This document shows, piece after piece, positions 38,801 through 51,557 of a stretch of 64,000 bases of DNA. The DNA lies in NCBI GenBank assembly GCA_040954595.2, contig CM082596.2, positions 9,444,461-9,508,460 of the forward strand, given 5' to 3'. The stretch's first letter is position 1; every line of letters begins with the position of its first letter. The notes under the pieces were generated by a model. The model made no database searches and was not told the DNA's origin. It saw only the letters and a program-made list of their open reading frames with translations. Position numbers and translations under genes: made by a program. The DNA comes from Balanoglossus misakiensis. Its lineage: Eukaryota > Animalia > Hemichordata.

Positions 38801-41087
38801 GTACTTCCTGTAAAAAAGGGAGGAGGCTCCACAAACCAGACTATTTTTGTTTATGTACATGATGTACTTGTGCGAGGGTTGTCAACTTGATAGCCATTCT
38901 CAAGATTTACAATCGTTATAAGAGTGTACGTATACAAGAAAAGTAAACTCCTGAATATTAAAGGGACAAAGTCTCTCTCTCTCTCGCTTCCCTTTTCCCA
39001 TTAATTATGTTTGATACAAGACACTGTTTATGTTATTCTACATGTGTATATAGTGAATCAACGTTCGACCACACACAAATATGCAAAGGAGAATTTATTA
39101 ATAAGCCATACCCACCAAAATCTTATCAGATGTAGAACTTATCATAACAATGCTACATACACAATTTCATATCATTGGATTCAATTTCTCTCAAGATATG
39201 AGTGGAACAAAATCTGTCTACAGAAGGACAGACAGAAATCGCTGTGCCAATAATGAGATTATTATTTAAACCACAAAAGATTGACGATAAACAATGCAAT
39301 AAACAACAATATCCTTATGTTCAACAAGACAGTTTTTGGCAGATGCTGGAGACAATCCCCCTTTCTCATAACTCCAAATTGCTCACAGTGGAGATCAAAT
39401 GTCTCAGATATAGGAGAGACAATCACATCACCATAATGAATCAATACTTGCCTGTGTCTGGACAACACCTGGCCGAGAGGAAGTAGTTTTGATTCAAAGG
39501 ACAATGATAAATTATATGGCACCTCCTTATGATGAATTGTATTAGGTACCAGACAGGAGTTGGCAGATGCTGGAGGCCGACAGACAATCACCCTATCTGA
39601 TACTTTCTGTGATAGGATCGGCATGGACTGTCATCAGTCTGTCTGTACAACACCTGACCAATGGAGGGAGTAGTTTTGATTCAAAGGGCAATGGACAAAT
39701 ATATACATTGTATCCCAGACACAATTTACTAAGAAAACTACAGAGGAAATGGCACTATTGAGAAAGCTCATACTTTTAGAATTTACCTGCAGAAGTCAGG
39801 TGGGTATTTACCTTGTTTTGTATGGTTACATCAGCTTTGTGTTCCAATAACAATCTGACACGGCCTTCACCAACATCCCTCCTTGCTGCAGAGTGCAAAG
39901 GGGTGTCTCCCCACTGTAAGTAATGAAGGAGGAGCATGAGAACAATGTCACAAAAATTAAACGTAATGTGTAATTTTCCTTAAACAAAAAACAAACAAAC
40001 AAACAGACAAAAAATAAATGAATAAATCATTCCATACTGATAGATTACCCTGCAGAAGTCAAGTTGGTATTTACCTGGGTTTGTATGGTAACATCAGCTT
40101 TGTGTTCCAATAACAATCTGACACAGCCTTCACCACCAAACTCTGCTGCATCATTCAAAGGGGTGACTCCATCCTGTAAGTAATGAAGGAGAAGCATGGG
40201 AACAATGTCACAAAAATTGAAATGTAATATGAGGTTTCTTTAAACAAACAAACAAACCTACAAATAAATAAACAAATATCAAAAGTATCAGCCATATTGC
40301 AAAAAAACAACCAAGAATGGCATACTGACTGATTTGAAAGGATAATCCACAGTCCTTCTACACACAAAATGAAAATTGCCGACTGTTAAAATGAATACAG
40401 ATCAAAGAATGACGGTGAAGAATCTCAATTGATTCTAACAGCGAGGAAAACGCTTTGACTGGTCATATAGCTTTTAACATTGGATGTTTTAGACTCCATA
40501 GCTTAACTAAGGATGGAGGGGATCTGGAAGATTTAAAAAAAGATTGCCAGCAAAATTTCAGAGATGGCTTGAAAAAAAATAAAAATTTGTTAACTTTGGT
40601 GAAACACAAAAAAATCCATCAAAATTTACTTTCTGGAACATATTTAATCATTCGGAACAAATGTGTCAAATACACTATGGTTCAACATCTTTGGCTAAAT
40701 TGTAAAGATTGTTAAATTTAGAGTGCAATGTGTCCCACTGTCCTTCCTATGGCTGGATCCCAAGGGTATCATGGTTAGTAAAACTAAATCAGTATGGGTA
40801 ATACTTTTTGGCCTTTCCCTCTTCTTGTTCAGGGTTAGCTTGTTTCTTCCCATTGAATTTGGATCATACAAAGTAATTTTGGATGAAAATAAGAGTGTTG
40901 TAATTAGGTCTTTTTCAAAGGCATTTTTTTTGTTATCCAATTGTGTGGCCACGTTATCCATAATTAAGTGATAAGTCAGTTCACATACCTCATCCTTCGC
41001 ATTGACATCTGCACCATGGCTAATCAACACCCTGACAGCATCCAATTTACCTTTGAAGGACGCTGCATGCAATGCTGTGGAATCATT
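35848..41087 (-). pseudogene. Ankyrin-repeat gene fragment, one repeat per exon, 3'-truncated
   Basis: Phase-0 exons 41087-40989, 40173-40075, 39913-39812, 37005-36904, 36724-36623, 36455-36354, 36182-36081 and broken 35916-35848, with AG/GT sites; consensus xGDTPLHYAARRDGGEGLVRLLLEHKADVTIQNK. Start exon not identified. Confidence 0.88.
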
Positions 41088-41347
41088 CTGGAATAAAGAC
41101 GTTTAATGTTGGAATAAAAATGACATCACAAATCTGATACTTGCAATGTGAGTCAACTGCTTGATCTTTTGATGAAGAAACTCTAGGAATTTCATCACAA
41201 TGAGCTTCAGTCACTATTGTAATAATGGTTTTGATTACGATGGTGTGTTATTTCAGTAATAGACTGATATAGATTTGAATCTGAAAGATCATAATAATGG
41301 TATTTTCTAAGGTTGAGTGACAATTCTCTATGACCAAAACACATGTA

Positions 41348-41525
41348 CAGTAAAACCCGTCTAATCCGAACACCAAAGGGACAGAAGAAATTGTTCAGTT
41401 TACAGACGTTTCCGGTTTGTAAAGGTTCTTTTAACACGTGGTTCTATGTCAAGGGGACAGGAAAATGTGTTCATTATAGACAGTTTTCCAGATACGGCAT
41501 GTTCCATTTCGACAGGTTTTTACTG
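41348..41525. mobile_element. Tigger/pogo-like MITE (~178 bp)
   Basis: TA|CAGTAAAACC...GGTTTTTACTG|CA termini (right TA apparently mutated) with internal imperfect palindrome. Confidence 0.65.
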
Positions 41526-42477
41526 CATGTGGTTGAACCACATTGAACCAAACTGTAGACTGATACCATGTTCACACTAGGTAAAACTGGAACTGTTGAT
41601 GAAAAAGTCCGCGCTGAATTGAGATTATTTATATTTGTGGGCTAGTGTAGGTCTGTTTTTGCACAATCTAAATGTGGTGTTGTGTGCAGTTTCATTGTAT
41701 TGCAAAGTTGTGGCGTAATAATTGTACCATGTTTGTTAATATGTTGAACTCTAATGTAACTTGAGTCACGAACGATTGCGACATGCATGTACTGAAATGT
41801 CGCCATCTCAGAAAAGAACTGCATCGCCACTTCTTGTATTGGTTCTCTCTTGCGTGTCTAATAAAACCTTCGTCGCGAGAACGTTACATTATCCACATTA
41901 CCGGCAGACAAAATAAGTGTAAACGTCCTCCAAAAATAAACGGGAAACCCGTTTTACTAAGAGGTGTATCCGATCTGCACCATCGATTTATTGCAGTTTG
42001 AATGAATGATGTTACCAGAAATTGCAATATTCAGCGTGGCAGTTTCTTGTCAGATATGGACCTAACAGACTTCAATGAATCACTAATACAAGCCGAAGTA
42101 AACATGGCGCCCTTTTGTGACCCAACGCTTCTTTGAATACCACTTATCCTAAACCAGTTATATCTTGTGGGTTTTACATTACAGGTGAACCAGTGTCGAA
42201 TACACCTGGGTATACAGACCATGTTAGCTCTGATGTTACTGACACCAGTTATTCAAAAATGTCAACAGATGTCACAGAAGATACTGGCGTTGATGCTAAA
42301 TCTGAAACTAGAATGACTGAAACAGAATCCTCGTTAGAGTTAACCGTAATGCAGCGATACGAAACGACAGATAACGAAGTTCTGACAGACATCCCTGATT
42401 ACAAGGGCACTGAGAGCGTGTCTGGTTTCATCTTGAAGGAAAACCCTACTATAACGGCTACAACTGTAGTGCATGGG

Positions 42478-42524
42478 GGGGGGGGGATTTTGGCGCTATA
42501 TAAACTTTGTTGATTGATTGATTG
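42478..42524 (+). mobile_element. Extremely 5'-truncated LINE/SINE 3' tail with G-run
   Basis: G-run + ATTTTGGCGCTATATAAAC...(TTGA)n flanked by ATGGG direct repeats (42473, 42525); similar tail at 45271-45312. Confidence 0.6.
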
Positions 42525-42904
42525 ATGGGACTGAACCAGACGTTGAGGGAGCCCACACTGATTCTGTCTCCATATCAACAGATACAATCGACGCCAGCAT
42601 CTTCTCTCCTCATACTGCATGTAAAGGTCCACTGTGCCAACATTTCCCAAGCATTAGTGTTGTCGATGGCGATTCGAAAGTGCCCCGCTGTAAGTATAGG
42701 CCCACTGTGCTTCACAATCACAATTGTAGAAACAAAACACAATCAAATAATATAAAATGAGACTGGGCGGCCTTAATATTTTTGAAACACCTGCATGATA
42801 TCACTTCTTTATTTTGCCAGAGGTCCGTGCATCTTTCTTTCACGGTTTTGTCTTCTGGCTGCATTTATGGTTGTCTGTGCTAGGCCACGCTGTGCTGCTG
42901 ATGT

Positions 42905-42905
<1 letters not shown>

Positions 42906-42972
<67 letters not shown>
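42906..42972. repeat. (TG)n microsatellite
   Basis: About 33 TG units with one interruption. Confidence 0.98.
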
Positions 42973-42973
<1 letters not shown>

Positions 42974-44539
42974 TTTTTGATTGGCCATGTACCAGTCAAT
43001 GGTAAAATATATTTGCCTAGTGATTTTATTGAATATATAGATGGTTATGCTCGCAAATATATAATTCTGTATTTCATAAGTAACCTGAATGGATCCTGCC
43101 AACGTCACAAGTAACCCGAATGAATCCTGCCCACGCCTATAGCCCAAGGCCTCATATTCTGCACTTTAAGCTTTTTTGCTATCAATATTTTTTCTTGACA
43201 GGTGACGAACTCGGTAACAATGGCAACACTTTCATGGTTCTAGTCCTATGCTTTATCGCTGCATATCTGGCTGTGCATATTGTGTTGGTCCTCGGGATTT
43301 CGCGTTTTGTAAGAAACCTAGACCCTGCTCCGAAGTTGCAAAATGACACATAGATTACTGTTCTGGCTTTGAGCTTTATCCATGTTATTGACTCAATGAT
43401 CGAATGCAAAATATTATTTATGATTGCTAGTTAGGTTTTTCTTACAGTAAGCGCAACACTGTCGCTTTATTACATTTAATAATTAAGATTAAGCTAAATA
43501 AATAAAGTCTGCATTTAAACCGTATTGGAATTGAATTGTAACTACATTTATTTTTGAACAAATGTGGCACAGGTGTATTAATTATCGCAGGTTTCCAATG
43601 TCTTGAGGACATATTCACTATAGATCTAGGTAGTTATTATGTGCACATGCGTACATTCAACTACTGGAGGATATCTTTTTGGACTAACTGTAATACCTGT
43701 GCTGTATTGTGTTGTGTTTGTCTGTACAATGTGCCACATAAATGTGATAATTGATTGAATATATTTGGAATATGGATGGATATGATCGGAATTATTTGAT
43801 TATAATTAGTGTTATTTTAATAAAAGTATATACTTTAGTTCGCTATGACTTCAAACCTGTGTTGTTGTTGTTTTTTTCTGGAACGGAATTCGAAATACCG
43901 CCCATGGCAGCAGTTGATGGTTGTGAGGTAATTGCAATAGTTCTGTTTGTCCCCATGGCCATGTTCCAGTGGGGCGTACAAATTTCGGTCTGTCCTTCCT
44001 TCACATGCGGAGATGAATTTCATTCAAATCTTGCAACACAAATGTCTATAGTGCTGCATGTTTATCATGAATGTCAGAGTAAACTCGACGGATGTTAATG
44101 AGACAGCTGTTTTGCCTGGAGATTTAACTATTGATGCAGATGTGGCGATGGTTTCATAGCCAGGCGCTCAATAGACGATGTTGATTCGGATAGTGATGAA
44201 GAACATTCCTCTCAGATTAAAAATGTGAAGCAGTTGAGTCTGAAGACGAATTTACAGAACTGTAAACTTCCTCGGATGAGAACACATTACTTAAAATAAG
44301 ATGCAAAAGTAATTAATGCAACCATCAATATGAGTAAGGCTATTTACGAAAATATCTCGGTCAATGTCAATGTTATTCTTAACTCAGGTCCTAAGCATAC
44401 TGAGTGGAGAGTGATTCTGATCAAAGTGTTTCCACTCAAAAATACCGAATCTGAACAAACGCCCCGGTTACAATCTCTTAACGTACCGATATAACTGATT
44501 GCTTTTCTTCATAATATAAGGTCACTCAAAAATCTTGTC

Positions 44540-45312
44540 AGTATCATCGTCTGTGCATTGGAGCAAAAGAAGTCAGGCATGGAGCTGCTTGAAGAAAACC
44601 TTCTGCTGGACTCGTCCTTCCACACCAACGTCCTCTGTGAAGATAGCACCCAATCAGAGAAGTACTAGACTTATTATTTTGTGCTGCAGAAATCTGCACT
44701 TATGTCCGTCGAAAATACATTCACCGAAGCGAACCAAGCAGGCATATGCCTCTAGCTCCCTGTCTAGACGCTTTTAAGGGGAAACTGCAGACTTACTTGT
44801 TTAAGGATGTACGCGCAGAACATAAACCGGAAACACTGCGCGCCCGGTCTTTTTCCCATAGGATTACATTGATAATCGCCAGAAAACAAACTTCTACTAT
44901 TGTCATTTTCACGAAATCTTACACATAGCTCAGTCCAGCAAATATAAATTCATTGGTCAAATAAAATATAGGGGTCACCTCGCTCTATTTTGAGATAAAT
45001 TGCGTTAAAAAATTTGCCCATAGACAAACCATTGGTGAAAAATGCTGAGTCAGCAGATTTCTTCTATTATCGACCAAATTCATGGCTCTGTATTTCAAAA
45101 ACAAGCGCGGTGACCCCTATATTTTATTACGGATTTTCATTATACATACAAAGGAGAATAAAAAAATCCACAATTAAAAAAATGACAATACTTTCAATTT
45201 TACTGAACGTACATCCTTAAAAAAGCCTACAGTGTGTGAACAACCATCGGGCGCCACTGAACCGTACTCTGGATATTGGCGCCATATAAATGTTTTCGAT
45301 TGATTGATTGAC
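44540..45312 (+). mobile_element. Old CR1/L2-group LINE 3' fragment
   Basis: ORF2-end-like LDAFKGKLQTYLF|KKAY once the 44805-45216 insertion is removed, followed by GGCGCCATATAAAT...(GATT)n tail; left boundary approximate. Confidence 0.6.
44805..45216. mobile_element. Kolobok-like MITE with TTAA TSD
   Basis: TTAA|GGATGTACG...CGTACATCC|TTAA; purine-purine 5' terminus with TTAA target fits Kolobok rather than piggyBac (CCY termini). Confidence 0.75.
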
Positions 45313-46366
45313 TGATAGCTCCCATTACAGATATTTCAAAAAGTACACCATGTACTCCATCAGGCAGTAAGGTCAATTTGGATGAGTTTTACGATCAACA
45401 GTATCCAAATTATATATTTTCAACTAGCTGCCAAACTCAAAATAAAGTACACGTAAGGAAAATTAAATACAATTACAATTAAATAAAGTTAATTTAATTA
45501 ATGACATGTTATACTACATTTACTCAATAGTTCAATCATGCTGTGCGTTTTGGCGAAAGTTTTCTTTTTAGTTTATTTTTATGTCAAGAGATTGTCAACC
45601 TTATAAGTTTGCAAAGATTTTACTAATAAAAAAAATCTTAAAAGCTAAAGGATTCTTTTTTTTCACCATCTTGTTATTATTTTTCCATGATTTTAAAGTT
45701 TTAAAAATATGTCATGTTCATGAAGAAACATTTTGGAATAATATTTGACATGGGCAGTTTTCATAATTTGCATAAATTCAATATGGTGAACAGTATTCTT
45801 AAAAAAACATATTTGGGCAGTTAACGGGTAATACGCAAGCAATTTTAGTATGTTTTATTCAAATCTACCTCTATGACATTTGGAACAATTTTGAAAAAAA
45901 ATATTTGCATTTGCACTTTATATTTTGCATAAATCCAATATGGCCGCCAAATGAATGTTTGACAGCCTATCATACTCCGACATATATATTAAGGTTCTAG
46001 CATACAAAATATGTTGTAGCACTGTGAATATATACAAAAGAGAATGAAAAATGATTCCAAATTCAAACATATACTGAATTTTGTCTTGAGTGGGGTCAAT
46101 AAGACTGACTTTTATGGAATCAGCACCATTTTTTACATATAATTGACTTCTCAAACCTTCCTTACCAAAAATTCTGATTAACGGCACCTATCTCCTAGGG
46201 TAGGAGCTTTATGGTAAATGAGGCTGAAAGTTTGTTTCTATGTGGAACAGAATATGAGATACTGACTGGGTTTCAAATCAACACCATAGAAAATGAAAAT
46301 ATAAATGACTTATGTGATATGTATGAAAGCCCGTTAGGGACATTTCGTAAAGCAAAATGTTTTTTT

Positions 46367-46552
46367 ATCTCGTGAGCACGAGATACTAAGTCGTGGGCAC
46401 GAGATGCTAAGTCGTGAGCACGAGATACTAAGTCGTGAGCGCGAGATACTAAGTCGTGCGCACGAGATACTAAGTCGTGAGCACGAGATACTAAGTCGTG
46501 CGCACCAGATACTAAGTCGTGCGCACGAGATAATTATCTCGTGGTCACGAAA
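46367..46552. repeat. 21-bp minisatellite with palindromic core
   Basis: TCGTGAGCACGAGATACTAAG repeated ~8 times; core TCGTG(A/C/G)GCACGA is self-complementary. Confidence 0.92.
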
Positions 46553-46898
46553 TAATATTGCATCTTATTGCAATGAACCTAAGGAGTCACAAGCTTAACT
46601 GATCAACGCGGGAGGTTACGTGGCCAGAAAGTTTAATTATTATGTACATCACATTCAATGTCACCAGAAAGTCACTGCTAAATTTCAGACTAAGGGCTTT
46701 CCAGATCTGAGTCTCGAGCATTTCATCACAATGTTTTGAATAGTGGGTAACAGTTCCTTTATATTTCAACATGGGTTTCAACTATTGTGAAATGTTGGCT
46801 TTGAAAACAAATATCACGATTTTATTCTGAGCTTGTGAAATTTAAAGAGAATATTGTACAAGAATGGATTGTACAGACGAAAACACCAGTCTTTAAAA

Positions 46899-49630
46899 TC
46901 ACGGCAAAATAGAAGGCGTGATGGCTAATTTGCGTTTGGGAACTTGATGGTAGGTGTGTGTGATGCCCTGCAAAGTTAAACATAAAGACAGATGGTGAAC
47001 CACTTGCCCGTCAAAACCATTCAACTCGTGTAGCAGGCGAACTGCATTAAGGTAGATTTTCAAGGTACCAACATTTCTAATTGTTGCCGATAAACACTGA
47101 ACGAACAAAGCTAAACTGGTTGTGGAGGCAGGAACTGGCTTCAAACCATTGAAAATGCAAAACAGGAAGAAAGTCTTCCACTGCGAGTGAAAATTTGAAA
47201 TTGTCCCATGTGCATAAGCAGCGGAAATGGTAGAGGTCCACTTTCGGTGGAATATTCTTAATCCTTTGTTGAAGGCTTCTGCTCCTGTGAAAAATGGAGA
47301 AAATACCAGTCATGAGTGAAATTGAATAATGTGCTGTCGACGTACTTTTCTGTCAATTGTTTAGCCCCTGTCAATTCTATGAATTTGGCATGGCTACGAT
47401 CATCGGTGTCCCAACGGCTGAGTATGTCTGCAATACGATTAGAAGGGCCGCTGACATGTACTGCCTTGATTTGAAACTGATATTGGGAAGCAACGAACCA
47501 TATTTCCCTTGCGCATCTCAACATCTCTCGTACGACCGGAGTCAAGGACGTGAACAGTGGCTTCGTTATCTCACTGAATGATAAATTGTCTGCCCGTTAG
47601 TTGAGTGGCCCACAGTTTACATGCAACCATTACAGTCAAGAATTCTAGAATGCTGATGTGGTATTCTTTTTCACGAATGGTTTGGGGAAATTGGCAATGG
47701 AAATACACACCCAGAAAGGTGCCACCGGCCCCTAGTAAGCATGCATCTGTGGTGAGAAATTGGTCTGGGAACCCCCAATCCCCAGTGGGTAACATTGATA
47801 TACCATTGAAATGCTCTAGGTATGAGGTCCACCACAGAATATCTTTTTTGAACTCGGCATTGATATGGAAACGATGATGTTGACGTCGCAGTGTGCGCAA
47901 CTTGTCTAATAACCGTGAGATAAAGACCCGCCTTGGCCTGACGCAACCTGCCAGAAAGGCCAGTTTACCGATAAGGGACTGTAATTATCTTTTATTAGAC
48001 CATTTCCTAGACAACCACACATGGGGAGGTACTGTTTAGTTTCTTCAAGTTTCTGCTGTGGCACACTCATAGCCATGAGAATAGTATTGAATTGTCGACC
48101 AAGGAAGGTCATTACTGGGGACGGGGAACAAGCTTTTCCCGATAATTCATCAAGACCAAGCTCAATAATAAGTAAATTGCCCAATTGAGTGAATGCAAAA
48201 TCAGCCTTATCGACTGATTCCGCACCAGCAAAATCATCTAAATAATTCACACAATCGCTTCCCTCCTGTTGTGATATATACCGGACTGCATTGGTAGTGC
48301 GCTGGCATGCAATGGAGGCCATTCGTAACCCAAAGGGCAATTTAGTGTCAAAGAAAATCATTTCTCTCCACCTGTACCCCAATAGGAAATAGTCATGCGA
48401 ATCGACAGGAATTTGGCGGTAAGCACGTTTCAAATCACGCTTGTAAAGTAAACAACCAGGGCCTTTTATTCTGATAAGCTTAGTGAGATCATCGACGCCA
48501 GGGTAAGTCAAGGAAAAAGGCCCGTCCAAATAGAAATCAGAAGGTATCCCATCATTCACTGAGTGGCCGACAACAGTTTGAAGCGGTGATAACATAAGAG
48601 GTTTGTCAAAGGGATTGTCGTGAAAGGGCCCTACTGACCCGCCTAGGGCTACCTCCTTAGAGATATATCTGTCTACGTGATCTGGGTACAGCACTGCTGA
48701 TTTGTGGTTGGTGGAAACTGGAAGTGGGTGATGGGATAATGTGTAATTCAATGGCCATCCAAATTCTAAGAAGTCACATACTGCATAGTCATCATACCCT
48801 TGTAGTTTAGCTCGCCAAATTGGAATGCATAGATTTGACTGAACTGGAACGCGGCACCCTTTGTAATTGGGTAAATTTGAATTGTAAATTTTGACATGCT
48901 TTTGAATAGACAGTGAGGCTGTGGGGGACAATGGGTGTGGCCAATACTCTATTGGGATGTGAGCGCTCTGACTTTGTTCAAAATCACAATCTGCCATATG
49001 CGGATATGAAAGTGTATCTGTTGTTGAGATATGCTGCATATCATCTATGATACCTGCCTGGATAAAATCACAATTACTATTGTAGGAGGACCCGGAATGT
49101 GGATGTTGTGGCATGTTGGACAATATATCAACAGGCATGTCATGATTGTTATTGTTGATGACTGGTGGGGAAATTGGGAGTCTGCATTATGAATGCCACC
49201 ATCACAATGTCGGTTTTTAGAGTCATAATCGCTGTTATTAGCCTGGGCCATGCCCAAGTGGCAATCGTGGGAGGATTCAGATTGTAACTGTTGTGGCACA
49301 CTAGAATTTTTGCGAACGTATCACAGCTGGACAATTTTTGATCATGATGAAAGTATGGTTTATCCTGACTTGTAATATTTGTAACTATCGGTGTAGGTGA
49401 AATTGGAATACCTAAACAGTGTGTGCCGTCGTCACAAGCTGGATTCTCAGACGCATACCCAGCATCATCTAAACATTCATGTTGAGTGGAACACAATGAG
49501 TACATAGGTTAGTGACTGATGAAGGCCGACCTGAAATTTCATTGTGTGAAGACATGGTGCTATCAATAGGAAAAGTACTAAGAAGTGTTTGAGTAGCTGT
49601 CAAACTCTCTGAATCGTTAGGGGCCCAAGC
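46899..49630 (-). mobile_element. Decayed tyrosine-recombinase retrotransposon (Ngaro/DIRS group), truncated at both ends
   Basis: RT (47906-49138: DLKRAYRQIP, LPFGLR, YLDDF), RNase H (TDAC, HISILEF, NRIADILSR) and the N-terminal part of a YR ORF (AYAHGTISNFHSQWKTF...YLNAVR...KRKLAITP); RT-RH-YR order without a methyltransferase domain suggests Ngaro. Confidence 0.88.
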
Positions 49631-49632
49631 GC

Positions 49633-51095
49633 CCACTTTTTTTTTCTATTTTTTTGGGTGTGAGAACTTTTAACGACATCTTGATGGCGAATGGTTCAGG
49701 AAGGCTAGCCTTTTACATGAAGGTGTCAACTGGTGTTGGTTCGAGACCACTTTTTTGTCCATTTCTTTTTTTTTGTGTGAGAATATTTAACGACATTATC
49801 AGTGTAATTTTTATTATTTTCATAAAGCCAATTCATTTCAATATCAACGCTACGTATTTTATCTGTCGAGTATAAGAAACTTGCAGGGAAACAGGGTAAT
49901 TTTTGTCGCGGTTCACTTGGGCAGGTGTGAATACGGAGTGCTCAGGAGAGAGAAAGATAAACTCACTAAAACCGTGTCTTTCTGTCCGCATGACCAACCA
50001 AGGAGCGAAAAAGTCCTTATTTAGGCCGTAATAAAACGATTTATGTCGCCGAGGAGTAAATAAAGAACGGTCAGATCGTTGCGCGGCAGGGAACTCTTAT
50101 TCGCACCGCTGCGGTGCAGGGAACTCTTATTTGCACCGCTAATTGGAGTTGTGCTGCAATATAGTGCGGAAAAGTTCCGACTTTTTCGAGTACACATCTT
50201 GATGGCGAAGGGTTCAGGAAGGCTAGCCTTTTTACCTGTAGGTGTCAACAGATGTTGGTTCGAGACCATTTTTTTTTTTTTTTGTGAGAACTTTTAACGA
50301 CATTATCTTTGTATTTTTTATCAATTTCATAAATCCAATTCATTTCAATATCTACGCTGCGTTTTTTATCTGTCGGGTATAAGAAACATGCAGAGAAACT
50401 TGGCCGTTTTTTTGTCGCGGTTCACTTGGGCAATTCTGAATATGGAGTGCTCAGCAAAGAGATAGATAAACTCGCTAAAACCCTGTCTTTCCGTCCGCGT
50501 GACCAACCAAGGAGCGAAAAAGTCGTTATTTAGGCCGTAATAATATGAGGTTATTACGAAAATACCGCAAAGTATGCACGAGGACATTAGCGCCAAGTAT
50601 CGCCCGACGCGCAGCGGAGGGCGATGCACTGCGCTAATGTCCGAGTGCATACTTTGCGGTATTTTCGTAATAACCTTATTATTATACATCTTACATCTCC
50701 GTTAGTTCTTGTGTTGCATGTTACTTGGCTTTCAAGTGCGTTGGAGTGGGAGCGCCTTGAAACCGTCCGCATAACAACGCATACCTGTACACGGTGAGTT
50801 GGGGCGCCTTGAAACCTAAAACTTATTTAACGCGCGTTCCGTACGGCTTTTTATTGCACGCCAAAATCCAGTGTTCTCAGCACTAGGTGTATAATAAAAC
50901 GTTTTATGTCGCCGAGGAGTAAATAAAGAACGGTCAGATCGTTGCGGTGCAGGGAACTCTTATTCCCACCGCTGCGGTGCAGGGAACTCTTATTTGCACC
51001 GCTGCGGTGCAAATAAGATCATTGGAGTTGTGCTGCAATATAGTGCAGAAAATTTCCGAATTTTTGGAGTACACATCGTGATGGCGAAGCCTTTT
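49633..51095 (+). repeat. Pol III-like satellite, block 3 (inverted relative to blocks 1-2)
   Basis: A-box/B-box/T-run cassettes on the plus strand at ~49676-49756 and ~50192-50283; a third is split by the Penelope element. Confidence 0.9.
50544..50891. mobile_element. Non-autonomous hairpin element with 6-bp terminal direct repeat (Crypton-like)
   Basis: Inserted in satellite sequence GCCGTAATAAAACG with TAATAA at both ends; long inverted repeat 50548-50676 near one end; no TIRs at the termini. Family assignment is tentative. Confidence 0.5.
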
Positions 51096-51158
51096 GAGTT
51101 CGATGAGGAGACAAGCGTCGGGTTTCATAAAAAGTTTTATTGTTAAAAACTTGTTCTA

Positions 51159-51196
51159 CCAACGTTTCGATCCTTCACTGAGGATCTTCTTCAGGG
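51159..51196 (-). ncRNA. Minimal hammerhead ribozyme motif in the inverted pLTR
   Basis: Reverse complement of 54619-54656. Confidence 0.78.
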
Positions 51197-51557
51197 ATCT
51201 AAAAATAGCAAAATGTAGGTGGAAAATAAAAATGAGCTGTATGGTCAAAATCTCATTGAGTATTGTAAAAATAAAGTCTGAAACGAAGACAAAATTAAAA
51301 ACAGTCGGAACTGCAGTTGGACATGCGGACAAAAAATTAGACTTGAGTAAAATGACAACTTGTAAAACGGAATGATAAAAATAAATGTAGAGAGACAAGA
51401 CAAAAGAAACTTACTCAGCGGTGATGGTCTGAATGTGGTCTGAATAAAGACAAAGAGGACTCCCTAGTGTGGGAGGAAAAATCAAACGGACTGCCTAGCA
51501 GTAAACAAAGACTATAGGTGGTGGGAAAAATATGAATATGAATGAAAGAAAAAAGTT

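Larger units (their letters stand above)
42185..43353 (+). pseudogene. 3' exons of a Thr/Ser/acidic-stalk single-pass membrane protein, disrupted by a 52-bp insertion
   Basis: Acceptor TTACAG at 42184 then T/S/D/E-rich frame; possible phase-1 donor at 42621; acceptor at 43201 then last exon DELGNNGNT-FMVLVLCFIAAYLAVHIVLVLGI-SRFVRN...stop; AATAAA near 43497. Confidence 0.55.

Noticed and set aside
37100-39780. Coding or mobile content in the long ankyrin intron
   Set aside because: A GC-rich patch near 38500-38640 and a short imperfect duplication near 39340-39680 were seen, but no protein motif, TIR or TSD could be supported.
42795-43147. Cys-Val / His-Thr repeat proteins
   Set aside because: Translations of the (TG)n microsatellite.
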